Shown piece after piece: positions 18,074 to 27,592 of a stretch of DNA of 64,000 nucleotides (position 1 is its first letter; every line of letters starts with the position of its first letter). This DNA comes from a virus (taxonomy: Duplodnaviria; Caudoviricetes). A program made the translations under genes and the position numbers. The stretch covers positions 62 to 64,061 of IMG/VR virus record IMGVR_UViG_3300042896_000052; one strand, given 5' to 3'. The notes beneath the pieces are model-generated. The model saw nothing but the letters and a program-made list of their open reading frames with translations. It was not told the origin of the DNA and searched no databases.

Positions 18074-18673
18074 TTAGCCGACCTGAATAACTGAAAGAAT
18101 AACACCAGCGGCTGCTGGATGGATCGGTGTAACTGCACTTGCAGGAAACGTTACGACATACGCTTCGCCATCAACGTTATGCCAGAAAAACTCAAAGTAT
18201 CCTGCTGCCGCAAACTGGAAGGTGTACTGCACCGCTAAAATTGCGTGACCTTCTCGGTTGCCCTTTTTTACTGGAACAGCGATAACACTTGCCGATCCAA
18301 CAGCAGCTACACCATTGACAACAGGCCACAGCGTAAAGTCATCGTAGTTAGCCGCAGCGTTAGCTAACTGAAGGCTAATAAGTATGCTGTAAACACCAGC
18401 ACTTGTCATGGAAATACGATTACCAACTCTAGTTACACCCTGCGTGAAGTCAGTAGTATTGATACGAAGCTGCGTTACCGCATTTGCCGCAGCGGTTTGG
18501 GCAGCGCCAATGTCTTGGAACGCGCCGTAGTTTTGGAATACATCAATTGCGTACTGCCCAATTGCAGTAATAGTGGATTTAACGTTAGCCCCACCCTGAA
18601 CCAAAGGAACAAGTTCTGCGCCAGTTAACGGCGTGGTAGCCGTTGGCATTGCTGAAATTTTTTGATCCGCCAT
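18074..18673 (-). CDS. Virion protein (head/tail fibre-like)
   Basis: MADQKISAMPTATTPL...VPLVQGG N-terminus and a C1q/BclA-like beta C-terminus. Confidence 0.65.
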   Translation of the reverse strand: MADQKISAMPTATTPLTGAELVPLVQGGANVKSTITAIGQYAIDVFQNYGAFQDIGAAQTAAANAVTQLRINTTDFTQGVTRVGNRISMTSAGVYSILISLQLANAAANYDDFTLWPVVNGVAAVGSASVIAVPVKKGNREGHAILAVQYTFQFAAAGYFEFFWHNVDGEAYVVTFPASAVTPIHPAAAGVILSVIQVG

Positions 18674-18924
18674 TATGAAGACTCCAATATCATTTTGTCG
18701 CCTGACTCTTGCAAGACGTAAGTAGTGACAGGGCCAGCGCCATCTGTCTCATCGGCAATGTACGATTTAACGACTGCGGTAACACCGTACCTGTCTACAA
18801 CACCATCATTACCAACATCATCACCGGGGACGCCACCAATAACATTGGCTGCACTAACGTCCAAAGCAAACCCATCGCTAGTCTGAGCTTGATTTGCAAC
18901 ACCTGTGTAGCCAACGTAAGGCAT
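18673..18924 (-). CDS. Small acidic virion protein
   Basis: C-terminal YVLQESGDKMILE motif; TAATG coupling. Confidence 0.6.
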   Translation of the reverse strand: MPYVGYTGVANQAQTSDGFALDVSAANVIGGVPGDDVGNDGVVDRYGVTAVVKSYIADETDGAGPVTTYVLQESGDKMILESS

Positions 18925-19232
18925 TAAGCAACTCCGGCCTGAATCAGTGTCATCGCAGCAGTGCCCGCACCCGCCGTGACCAAAACCTTAATCGCTGCAA
19001 CTGGGAAAGCGTAGTTGCCATCCTGATTGTCCGACTTAGCTGCAATCGTGGGGTGTGAGAACCACACAGGCGAAGCCACGGTCTGTGGGTTGTCAAAAGT
19101 ATGCTGTACGGTGTACGTTACTGTGCCCGTAGCTACCACACCAAAACCCACATTGAAGGGGCTGATGTACAAATCCATTGGCAGGACGTTACTGGAGCCA
19201 GTACCCGTCTTGGTTGCAATTTGTTGACGCAT
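18924..19232 (-). CDS. Small beta-sandwich virion protein
   Basis: GTVTYTVQHTFD...WF.HP; RBS AAGGGA. Confidence 0.65.
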   Translation of the reverse strand: MRQQIATKTGTGSSNVLPMDLYISPFNVGFGVVATGTVTYTVQHTFDNPQTVASPVWFSHPTIAAKSDNQDGNYAFPVAAIKVLVTAGAGTAAMTLIQAGVA

Positions 19233-19252
19233 GATTAATCCCCTTGAAAATA

Positions 19253-19266
19253 GGGGCCGAAGCCCC
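19253..19266 (-). terminator. GC hairpin with UUCG loop (weak terminator or RNA stabiliser)
   Basis: GGGGC-TTCG-GCCCC-TATTTT just after the stop at 19276. Confidence 0.55.
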
Positions 19267-19275
19267 CGAGATTAA

Positions 19276-19740
19276 TTAGGCAGTTGCTTGTACGCCAGAA
19301 CCACTAGAGTCCCGAACCACGTAAGCAACAAGCACCGTGACCGCACCAGTAACCGAAGTACCAGTAGCAGTGAAAGTGATTGCCGCATCGGTAGAACCGA
19401 CGTTAGCTTGGGTAGGCGTGAAGGTGGCAGCGACGGTCACGGGGTATGTGCCGGCCGCAGTGATGGTGGTAGCAGCAGCTACGTCAACACCCGCAATGGT
19501 AGCTTTGAGCGTTGTAGCTGAAGCAAACAAGGTAGTGGTCAAGAACTGAACCGAAGTAACCAGAGCGCCAGCAGGGATGAAACCCAGTGTGCCAGTCAAA
19601 CCAGCTACTTGTGCAGCGGTCAGATTGAAGGTTTGGGCAACGATAGCTGCACCGGTATTACGGACAGTACCAGCAGTGGTGCCAGTAGTGTTTTTAACAG
19701 TGCCGAGCAGCCAAGGGCCGAGGTGAGTTGCGAATCCCAT
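19276..19740 (-). CDS. Virion decoration-like protein
   Basis: MGFATHLGPW start; Thr/Ala beta-rich; IPAGA motif. Confidence 0.65.
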   Translation of the reverse strand: MGFATHLGPWLLGTVKNTTGTTAGTVRNTGAAIVAQTFNLTAAQVAGLTGTLGFIPAGALVTSVQFLTTTLFASATTLKATIAGVDVAAATTITAAGTYPVTVAATFTPTQANVGSTDAAITFTATGTSVTGAVTVLVAYVVRDSSGSGVQATA

Positions 19741-19749
19741 GATGAGTTC

Positions 19750-19825
19750 CTTACATACAAGATAAGTGCATCAATCGGTATGTCGTCTGCCGGGGACAGT
19801 TTGATGCACCGGAAACCCCGGAGTG
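19750..19825 (-). ncRNA. Candidate structured RNA downstream of capsid gene (possibly Mu-gpT-DE motif)
   Basis: 9-bp stem GTGCATCAA/TTGATGCAC; CCGGGG/CCCCGG and ACATAC/GTATGT potential pseudoknots; located after a Mu gpT-like gene. Confidence 0.55.
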
Positions 19826-19830
19826 GTGTC

Positions 19831-19859
19831 AATATAGCACTATTCTTGGGTACGCGCAA
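19831..19859 (-). promoter_or_regulatory. Sigma70-type promoter
   Basis: TTGCGC-17 bp-TATATT with extended TGn. Confidence 0.55.
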
Positions 19860-19860
19860 T

Positions 19861-19886
19861 AAAAAAGGCTCCCGAAGGAGCCTTTT
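19861..19886 (-). terminator. Intrinsic terminator after major capsid gene (bidirectional)
   Basis: AAAAGGCTCC-TTCG-GGAGCCTTTTTT on the minus strand. Confidence 0.9.
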
Positions 19887-19903
19887 CAGTAAGCTACAAG
19901 AGC

Positions 19904-20815
19904 TTAAGACGAACCGGGTGAACCGAAGATACCCAACGGATCGCTCACTCCAAACGAATAGCGTTCGCGGCTCTTGTATCTCACGTTACCGGTATCAAAA
20001 TCCCCATCCATAGAATTGCTCAAAGGCATACGGGTGAAGTGCTTCAAGCCGTTAGGCACGTCAGTCAACAAGAACCAACCGTTTGTGTCGGTCAAGAAGT
20101 GATTGACGGTGTAACCCTCGGGGATCGAACCGTTGTTCTTCAACGCGTTGATATCGTTGTCGGTAGTGCCAACACGGAGGCTGGTTTCCAACAGACGGGT
20201 AGCAACGAACTGCAGAGCAGGAGGTACAACCAGTTTGCGAGGCTTAGCGGCGATCAACAGACCACGCTCATCAGTCCAAGCAGCGATTTGAATAACAGCG
20301 TTTTCCAACGAAGTTTCGTTCAAGTCAGCGCCGGTAGTTGGGCGATTGCTGTTGGTGCCACCGGACACTAAGGGGTGTGCAGTAGAACAAAGAACAACAC
20401 CGTCACCGTAAGTTGGGCCACCAGTGAACGCGTTGTTCAGGATGTAGGCAGCTTTAACTTGCTTGGTGTAGGACATAGCACGAGCCAAAGACTTCGTGTA
20501 GCGAGCCGAGAGGCTGTCGTACAAGTTATCTTCAACGGCTTCTTCCGTGATGGAGAAGCCCATTGCGATGGTTTCGTGGTTGTAACGAGCGGTCCATGCT
20601 TCTTGTGCATTGTCATAGCTGATGGCAGAGCCTTCATTTTTGACTGGTGCAGCAGAGAAACCAGACAGTTTCGTCTCTTCTTCAAAGGAACGCTCTGAAG
20701 TTTCGGTCTCATAAATCTCTTTATGCTCTTCACCGTAACGGGCGTATTCCATGCCGAAAAGGGCATTGAGTCCGGGGAGAAGTTCTTTAAGTAGTTGTGC
20801 GCGTGAAATAGCCAT
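19904..20815 (-). CDS. Major capsid protein (HK97 fold, Mu gpT-like)
   Basis: MAISRAQLLKELLPGL, KNEG, YGDG..L.STAHP, KLVVPPAL, RERYSFG; followed by a strong terminator. Confidence 0.9.
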   Translation of the reverse strand: MAISRAQLLKELLPGLNALFGMEYARYGEEHKEIYETETSERSFEEETKLSGFSAAPVKNEGSAISYDNAQEAWTARYNHETIAMGFSITEEAVEDNLYDSLSARYTKSLARAMSYTKQVKAAYILNNAFTGGPTYGDGVVLCSTAHPLVSGGTNSNRPTTGADLNETSLENAVIQIAAWTDERGLLIAAKPRKLVVPPALQFVATRLLETSLRVGTTDNDINALKNNGSIPEGYTVNHFLTDTNGWFLLTDVPNGLKHFTRMPLSNSMDGDFDTGNVRYKSRERYSFGVSDPLGIFGSPGSS

Positions 20816-20826
20816 GATCTAGCTCC

Positions 20827-21444
20827 TTAAGCGACGGCCAAGCCGGTAGCGTTGTTGTATTGGTGGATACCGAAATTGATCTTCACAATCACTTCAGAGT
20901 ACGTAGTACCTGATGGTGCGGTTGCGGGAACAACGTCAATAACGCGGACTGGGAACGTAGCGGTCACGGCTGGCGAGGTGCTCAGCACTGAGTAGCTAGA
21001 GTTACCTGTGGCAGTAGAACCGGCAGTAGCCAGAATCGACATGTTGGTGCCGATAGCGTTCTGAGTCACGGTAGCCATTGTGGTGCCAGTGGAACAAACG
21101 GCAACTTGGAACAGGGTATCCGGATCATCAACAACCACGGCGAAGATTTTGGTCCCCGACTTGATAGCTTGACTAGCTGGGTAAAACTGTTGCTGCTGGA
21201 TTTGGCCAGTGGAGCTATTGGTGAAACTAACACCGAGGAACACGCCACAAGGGGTATTAGCCGTTGTGCCAGTATCTTTCTCGATGGTGCCGCCGATAAC
21301 GCGCTTAACGAAATCGCCGTAGAAGATGTTAGCGTTATAACCGCTAGCAATCTCCATCAAACGGGTTGAACCCGCGAATACTTGTCCGCCGATCAAGTTG
21401 ACCGGTTTCAGCCCGTATGGGGCTTCTACAGTAGGATAAGCCAT
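20827..21444 (-). CDS. Capsid cement / minor capsid protein
   Basis: APYGLKPV, IFYGDFV, GVFLG, DDPD.LF pattern immediately upstream of the capsid gene. Confidence 0.7.
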   Translation of the reverse strand: MAYPTVEAPYGLKPVNLIGGQVFAGSTRLMEIASGYNANIFYGDFVKRVIGGTIEKDTGTTANTPCGVFLGVSFTNSSTGQIQQQQFYPASQAIKSGTKIFAVVVDDPDTLFQVAVCSTGTTMATVTQNAIGTNMSILATAGSTATGNSSYSVLSTSPAVTATFPVRVIDVVPATAPSGTTYSEVIVKINFGIHQYNNATGLAVA

Positions 21445-21461
21445 TTAAGACTCCTTAAAAG

Positions 21462-21914
21462 TTAAATACCTTTACCGAAACTAACCTTTGTAGACCGCTC
21501 TTTGAAGAGGGGCATACGCGGATCATTTTCACGCATGAAGCTGTTGTCTACAGATTCCATCTGCGTATTAGCCAAATTACGGTAATGCGCGTCACGTTGC
21601 TCTGTAAACTCCACAGGTGTTTTGCAAAGAAGCAGGCCACCAATCTCAACGCTGTCGGGGAACTGGTTTTTAACAGAACTCATCAAGCGAATCTCTGGGT
21701 GATCTGATGCCTTTACAGGCTCCCAACCCTCACGGAATTTCGATGAAATATTAAGCGCATCGGCGTTGTTCAGAGTACTGAGTCGAATCCAGCGAAACGC
21801 ATACCCCGGTTCCGGACTCGGATCGGGGAGAAGCTGGGGTGGAGTCCACTTTACAGGGCGCTCCATTTTTGCTCGGGTATCAAGTTCTCTTGGGGTACGT
21901 TCAATAGTTGCCAT
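21462..21914 (-). CDS. Conserved head-assembly protein
   Basis: PGYAFRWIR, REGWEPV, IGGLLLCK. Confidence 0.65.
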   Translation of the reverse strand: MATIERTPRELDTRAKMERPVKWTPPQLLPDPSPEPGYAFRWIRLSTLNNADALNISSKFREGWEPVKASDHPEIRLMSSVKNQFPDSVEIGGLLLCKTPVEFTEQRDAHYRNLANTQMESVDNSFMRENDPRMPLFKERSTKVSFGKGI

Positions 21915-21916
21915 AA

Positions 21917-22864
21917 TTATTTCCTCATTTCTTCCGCAACCTTACGAGCATAGAGTTCCAAAGGAACCCCGAGCCGCTTGGCGATGTTCACCTGCGTTTG
22001 TGTCAGTACGACCTTTCGGGGAGCAGTACTTCGCGTTGCCGGTGCAACCACGTTCTGTTTAGCAGTGCGTTGAGATGGAGCATCAACGGTGTCCTCTGAG
22101 TCGAACTTCTCAGGAAACACTTTGCGCATTCGCGCATTCACTTGGTCATAATAACCGTCGGATTTAGGATCGACTCCTGACTTAACCAGTTTGTTGTGAA
22201 GCCCTAGAGCAAAACTGGTCATCTCATCATCATCCCCAAACCACTTATTCTTGGCTTGCCAACTTGTTGCTTTTTCGTCAACAGGTGTGGCTTGCGAAGC
22301 GTTACTGGGTTTTACCACATCTTCGACGGGTTGTACAGCGGCCGGCTTGAAATTTGCTACGCGATCGGACTTTATTTTTGCCGCCGTCATATTTTCTTGC
22401 GCAGTCACTAGCGCGTCGGAGTCTCCAGCCTCGTAGGCTTCCTTGTACTGACGCTTTGCAACTTCCATCTCGCTGGCAACTACCTTCTTAGCCTGCTCCA
22501 ATAGCGCTTGCTGACCTTGATTCAAGGAACCCTGCAGGCGACGGTTCTCTTCTACAACCGTTTGGGCTACGCGGAGAGCTTCTTCCTTCTCGCGCATGGC
22601 AGTTTCTTTAGCACGTCGCTCGTCGTGGTAGCCCTTAGTAAAGTGCTTGATACGCGTGCGGGCGCTTTCGGAGTACGAGTCGAGCTCTTCGGCCGTCGGA
22701 TCGGCCGGGGCGTTAGCGGCCGGCGTACGGTTGCGGTCCCGCTCGGGGGTGTCGTCAACAACCTCAATCTCTGGCTCAGGATCTACAACGCGTCCGCCAG
22801 CCCGTGGGTTCTTGGCTTCAACTTCATCCGGAAACTCAAATTCAGTTTTTTCAAATTCAGCCAT
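21917..22864 (-). CDS. Scaffolding protein
   Basis: Acidic N-terminus, coiled coil, W..KN.WFG, C-terminal IAKRLGVPLELYA. Confidence 0.75.
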   Translation of the reverse strand: MAEFEKTEFEFPDEVEAKNPRAGGRVVDPEPEIEVVDDTPERDRNRTPAANAPADPTAEELDSYSESARTRIKHFTKGYHDERRAKETAMREKEEALRVAQTVVEENRRLQGSLNQGQQALLEQAKKVVASEMEVAKRQYKEAYEAGDSDALVTAQENMTAAKIKSDRVANFKPAAVQPVEDVVKPSNASQATPVDEKATSWQAKNKWFGDDDEMTSFALGLHNKLVKSGVDPKSDGYYDQVNARMRKVFPEKFDSEDTVDAPSQRTAKQNVVAPATRSTAPRKVVLTQTQVNIAKRLGVPLELYARKVAEEMRK

Positions 22865-22874
22865 GATTTTCTCC

Positions 22875-23276
22875 TTAGACGCGGGTCAAGCCGCGAGGAT
22901 CTTCCACAACAGCTTCGATGGAATCATCATTAATGATTCGCATTTCCCGGCCGTGAATCTTGAACCGGGTACCCGAGTTGGGGCGCACGATCACAAAATC
23001 ACCAACAGCACACGACGGTCCGGATGGGAATCGCTTCTCATCTTTGAATGCGTCAGGGCCGATTTTTGCCACAAACAGAATTGGGGAAAGCAATTCTTCG
23101 TAGTTGACGGTGTTACCCGCTTTTAGAATCCCACTCTCGTAGGCTTCATTGGCTTCAGGCAAGATGCACAGGATGTGGTACGTCTTGGGTTCTGGAACCT
23201 GTTTCGCTTTTTCCTCGTCTGATTTATTCAGTACCCCAGAGAGGTCTACCGCAGAAACGTCAAATTTACTCATCAT
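22875..23276 (-). CDS. groES: GroES-like co-chaperonin
   Basis: P..YHIL, ESGIL mobile loop, IGPDAFKD, VGDFV, RIINDDSIEAVV; likely start 23276 or 23273. Confidence 0.85.
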   Translation of the reverse strand: MMSKFDVSAVDLSGVLNKSDEEKAKQVPEPKTYHILCILPEANEAYESGILKAGNTVNYEELLSPILFVAKIGPDAFKDEKRFPSGPSCAVGDFVIVRPNSGTRFKIHGREMRIINDDSIEAVVEDPRGLTRV

Positions 23277-23457
23277 TGAATCTTTCAAGTTTTTGTCGCA
23301 GGTCTTCTAAATCACGTTTTGCGAGGCCGAGACCGTGAATGACCCCGCAAATTCTTTGGTACTCACCAAAGTCCTTACAACTACCACGCGTCAGCGCGGC
23401 AGTCATGCTCATTACATGCTCGTGGTTCTTTTGTTCGAGCAAGTCAATTTCTGTCAT
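23266..23457 (-). CDS. Small conserved protein downstream of portal
   Basis: G..KDFGEYQRICGVIHGL motif. Confidence 0.65.
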   Translation of the reverse strand: MTEIDLLEQKNHEHVMSMTAALTRGSCKDFGEYQRICGVIHGLGLAKRDLEDLRQKLERFNDE

Positions 23458-26030
23458 GGAGTTCCTTTAGCTGCGGTGGATGCAGCAGCCATTGCCTGAC
23501 GTTGTTTCGCTATAGCCGCCTGTTGCGCGTGCGTCAGCTTCTGCGCGTGCGTCTGCTGTTGCTGCGACAGTTCTTGCTGGTGCTTCTGGGCCAACATCTG
23601 CTGTGCGGCCTGCTGCTGGGCAGTCTGCTGCTGGTGTGTAGCTTGTTGCTGTTGCATCTCCTGCGCGTGGCGCTGCGCTAGCATCTGTGGGTTCTCACCC
23701 TGCTTGGACGCCATTTCCTGCGTCTTAAGTTGGAGCTCAGCTTGCTTGATCTGCAGGTCGCCATCAACCTTCTTAGCCTTGGTAGCGGAATCCTGACTCT
23801 TGATCTGGAGCTCAGCTTGTTGCATCTGCACCATCGGGTCCTGTGCAGCTTGTTGGGCCTGCTGTTGCTGGGCCTGACCCTTGCTTTCGGCCAGAACTTG
23901 TTGCGCCGCCTGAGCAACCAGACGTGACAACTGAACTTCGACTTCGCGTGGCAGTTCTTCATCAGGAGCCGGCATAGCCACACCCAGTTGAATCTCTACC
24001 TTGCGGCGATAGGCAAACGCCAAGTGCTCAGAGACGTGGGCCATGATCGCGGCCTGCATTTTCTGTGCTTGTGGGCTCTGACCGATCTGCGCCATGAGCA
24101 GTGGGTCTTGCATCATCGCAGTGTGCACAGCAATGTGGGCATCGTGGTCTTGGTAGATGAATGCCTTCGTTGGTGTACCGTTCAGGAACGCCATATTCTC
24201 GCTAACCGGGTCCCGGGGAGTCATGTCATCTTCGATCGGAACCAGCTTTTCAGCGTTCTTAATGCCCAAAACTTCCAGCATTTGGCGGTGTAATTGGGGC
24301 AAATCGTAGATCTGGGGGGCACCTTGGGCCAACTGAATAGCCGCTTGGTACTGCATAATCCGCTGCGCCATCGTTGCGCTGTTGGGATCGGACACCGGTA
24401 TGACCTCAACCATGTCGTAATCGGTACGTTTAGCCCGGCGGTCAGCACCATTCGGCTCGTAGTCGTACTCATCCGGTGCGTGGTCACGAATAATCTCGGC
24501 CAAAAGCTTGAATTCCTGCTTCATGGACGAGTGAACCCGGGCCTGAACAGCGCTCATGGTCTTCAGTGTGCGTTCCAGCAGCGCCAAAGTGGTCCCAACG
24601 GGTGCATTGCCCGACATGTCAGCGATTTTCATGTCACTGATAGCGCCCAAGCGGCGGGCTTCGTCCGTAATCTGGTTCAGGAGCGCCAGCAGAGTCTGGC
24701 TTGGCTCTTTGTACGGCAGGGGCATGATGTTATCGCGCACGGTACCGCTGGCCACGTCCACATCGCGGAACTCGCCGGGTGCGATTGGGGTATCGTCGCC
24801 CTTAATGCGCAATCCTTTGGCTTTCAAGCCACCGGGGAGGTTGGCAAGGGAGCCTGCGTCGATAAGCTGACGGATCAGGCTGGTGCCGGCCCGGGCATAG
24901 CCGCCGATCAGGTTAATCAGGCCGAAACCATACGCGCCAAAGCCGGGAATGTAGGTGTATTGGACAAAATGCTGGCGGCGAAGCTTCTTGGCGTCGTCTT
25001 CTTCCCAGTTGCGGCGGATGGCCAGCACTTCGTTCGTTCCGCGCTCGATGGTAACCACATAGGGAAGCGCAATACCGTCTTCATCTTCGTAACCGGGCAT
25101 GTCGTAGTCAACGTGGATCTCCATTAACTGGAACCGGTTGTCGTCTGTGACGCTGTAGCCCTGCTCTTCAGCCTTTTTCTTCTCCACGTCCGTCGTAATG
25201 TGCACAGGATCGCCCAAATCCACGTCCCGGTAGAACCCAGCGACCTGCAATTTGCGAATATCGTTCTCTGTCTTGCGCATGATGTGCGTGACACGCTCGG
25301 AAGTCTGTGCACTGCTGGCACCGTAAGGGATGATGACGTCTTCCGCAGGGATAAACATCGAAACCTGCCGGCCGAGTGACGGGTCGAAGTACACTTTCTT
25401 GAACGCAGCACCAGCCAAGCCCAAGTTAAACAGCATCCGCTCGTGCTCAGGGCGATACTCAGGCATCTTCTCCAGAATCTGGTAGTTCATGTCGTCTTGG
25501 ACCCGGGCTGCAGCTTCCTCTTTCAGCTTGTCGATCGCGCCGATGATCTGTGTCTTCACCGGGCCTTGCGCCGGGAACGTCTCCGTCGCCATCTCAGCTT
25601 GGAACCGGATGGCCGCTTCAGTGAGGACTGTGGAATATACGCCACAAGCACCTGTCCACGGCTCTGTACGCTCGTCGTACTTCATACCGAGGACCTCAAG
25701 GCCCTTCACATACGCTTCGACCCAATCTTTGCGGGAGTTAATGTCCGCATCTATCAGTCCCACCAAGTCACTAGCTAGCATGGTGAGCTCGGACGCATCC
25801 ATGATATCGGCCAAGTTCGCCCCAAACTCATCTTCGGCATCTTCACCGGGCATGATCGTAATCTCTACGCTGCCATCGTCAAGGGTGACCATATCGGGAT
25901 TGACGATATCAATCTCCAACTCGCCGTCTGGCATCTCTTCTCCACCAACGTCCTCTGGAGTGAGCGGGTCCGCGCCCTCGTCGATGCCTGCTGGAGCGGG
26001 GTAAAGTGCTTTGCCGATATTTGTAGCCAT
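23454..26030 (-). CDS. Portal protein with Gln-rich C-terminal barrel
   Basis: 858 aa after TerL; SRKDW, GAAFKKVY, YGFGL, RQLIDAG, APVGTTLAL. Confidence 0.9.
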   Translation of the reverse strand: MATNIGKALYPAPAGIDEGADPLTPEDVGGEEMPDGELEIDIVNPDMVTLDDGSVEITIMPGEDAEDEFGANLADIMDASELTMLASDLVGLIDADINSRKDWVEAYVKGLEVLGMKYDERTEPWTGACGVYSTVLTEAAIRFQAEMATETFPAQGPVKTQIIGAIDKLKEEAAARVQDDMNYQILEKMPEYRPEHERMLFNLGLAGAAFKKVYFDPSLGRQVSMFIPAEDVIIPYGASSAQTSERVTHIMRKTENDIRKLQVAGFYRDVDLGDPVHITTDVEKKKAEEQGYSVTDDNRFQLMEIHVDYDMPGYEDEDGIALPYVVTIERGTNEVLAIRRNWEEDDAKKLRRQHFVQYTYIPGFGAYGFGLINLIGGYARAGTSLIRQLIDAGSLANLPGGLKAKGLRIKGDDTPIAPGEFRDVDVASGTVRDNIMPLPYKEPSQTLLALLNQITDEARRLGAISDMKIADMSGNAPVGTTLALLERTLKTMSAVQARVHSSMKQEFKLLAEIIRDHAPDEYDYEPNGADRRAKRTDYDMVEVIPVSDPNSATMAQRIMQYQAAIQLAQGAPQIYDLPQLHRQMLEVLGIKNAEKLVPIEDDMTPRDPVSENMAFLNGTPTKAFIYQDHDAHIAVHTAMMQDPLLMAQIGQSPQAQKMQAAIMAHVSEHLAFAYRRKVEIQLGVAMPAPDEELPREVEVQLSRLVAQAAQQVLAESKGQAQQQQAQQAAQDPMVQMQQAELQIKSQDSATKAKKVDGDLQIKQAELQLKTQEMASKQGENPQMLAQRHAQEMQQQQATHQQQTAQQQAAQQMLAQKHQQELSQQQQTHAQKLTHAQQAAIAKQRQAMAAASTAAKGTP

Positions 26031-26038
26031 TGCGTGCC

Positions 26039-27592
26039 TTAGTAGTATGCAGCGTTACGTGCGCCGCGAAAGGTATCATTATCCTGCACATCCGAGGCAA
26101 GCTTCAAGAGGCCACCTTTGCGAATGCGAATCAGCGCCAACGTCATGGTGTCAACATCATCGTCGTGCTCCCCACTTGGGAACGCCAGTATCTCTTCAAC
26201 CACCTCGGTAGCCCATGCGGTCTCTGGGAACCACACTTGTCCGTTTGTGTACATGTCACTCACCGAGTTCATCCGGGCAATCTTATCTTGGCCCTTGCCG
26301 GGGCTGTAGTCTTGCACGAACAACCCAGACCTGCGCATCTCGTCAATCAGCGGCTGGCCGCTAGCCTTTGCCTCCACAATGATACTGTCTGGCTCCCAGT
26401 CCTGCGCTTGCTGAAACGCCATCTTCTTGAGCTCTGGAAACTCCCACTTGCCCTTGACCCGGTTCATCAGGATCACGTTGTCAACACCGTCCTCGTTCTT
26501 CCACACACCCCATGTCTGGCAGGAGGAATAGTCTGAGCGGGTCTTGGTAGTGAGCGCCGTGTCGAACGCCTGAACGATAAAGTCAACCTGCGGTGGGTCC
26601 TCATGCGGCCACCAGCGGATATCCGAACGCTTGATAATCGCAGCCTCTTGGGCTGTGGGGTTCTGCTGGTACTGTGCGTTCCACTGCCAAGCCGGCATAC
26701 TCGCCTTGGTGCGCAGAAGGGACTCCACACTCCACTGCTCCGGCCAGAGGGACTTGAGGATTACTGCGGGGGCGTCCGGGTCAAAGTTTTCGTTGGTTGT
26801 GTCCGCTAGTGGGTTTGCAAACTCAAGGATCGCGGGGAACTCAAACACTTCATACTGGTCACCGTCCTCGTTCAGGCTGCTGTCTTTAACCAATCGACCA
26901 ATAAGATCACGCTGGTGCCAACGAGTATGTAGTATGCAAATCTTGCCACCGGGCATAAGGCGTGTACGTAGACCGGCACGAAACCATTCGTAAATACCAT
27001 CAAGGCTAGTTGTATTTCCACTTTTGATATCCTGTTCTGAGATCGGATCATCCACCACAATAAGATGGGCCCCCCGGCCGGCAAGTGCTCCACCTACGCC
27101 AGTTGCGTAGACTTCGCCGCCTTTTGTCGTGTTCCATTTACCAGCAGCCTTGGCATCTGCAGCAATCGCAACCCCGGGGAATATCGCTTTGTACTCCGCC
27201 GTCTGCATAAGGTTTCGCACCTTACGAGCCATGTCAACCGCAAGGTCCACTGTGTGGGACGCTACGATAAGTTTATGGTCTGGATGCTTGCCGAGATACC
27301 AAGCTGGGTAGTAGATGGAGATCATCTGGCTCTTACCGAACCGGGGGGCCATCGAAACCGCAATCCGGTCCTTATGACCTTCTTCAACTTCTGACAGCAG
27401 GGCACCCAACCTCTTCAGGTGGGCACCGAACTTATACGCCGGGTCAACAGCCGCAATAAACGCAAGGAAGTCCTGACGGGCCAGCGCGGTGCGCTTGCGC
27501 TCGTCCAACTCATCTAGCAATGCAAGGGTATGCGCCATCTCCTCGTGGGACATGGAACCTAGCTTGGCCAGCAGTTGTTCGACTTCAGTCAT
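26039..27592 (-). CDS. terL: Terminase large subunit
   Basis: Walker A MAPRFGKS, Walker B LIVVDD, TRWH, YQQNP; RNase H domain AFDTA, EAKASG, HDDDVD. Confidence 0.95.
   Translation of the reverse strand: MTEVEQLLAKLGSMSHEEMAHTLALLDELDERKRTALARQDFLAFIAAVDPAYKFGAHLKRLGALLSEVEEGHKDRIAVSMAPRFGKSQMISIYYPAWYLGKHPDHKLIVASHTVDLAVDMARKVRNLMQTAEYKAIFPGVAIAADAKAAGKWNTTKGGEVYATGVGGALAGRGAHLIVVDDPISEQDIKSGNTTSLDGIYEWFRAGLRTRLMPGGKICILHTRWHQRDLIGRLVKDSSLNEDGDQYEVFEFPAILEFANPLADTTNENFDPDAPAVILKSLWPEQWSVESLLRTKASMPAWQWNAQYQQNPTAQEAAIIKRSDIRWWPHEDPPQVDFIVQAFDTALTTKTRSDYSSCQTWGVWKNEDGVDNVILMNRVKGKWEFPELKKMAFQQAQDWEPDSIIVEAKASGQPLIDEMRRSGLFVQDYSPGKGQDKIARMNSVSDMYTNGQVWFPETAWATEVVEEILAFPSGEHDDDVDTMTLALIRIRKGGLLKLASDVQDNDTFRGARNAAYY

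Noticed and set aside
17974-18138. N-terminal extension of ORF 17692..18138
   Set aside because: Overlaps another gene and the duplication scar; the RBS supports a start at 17973.
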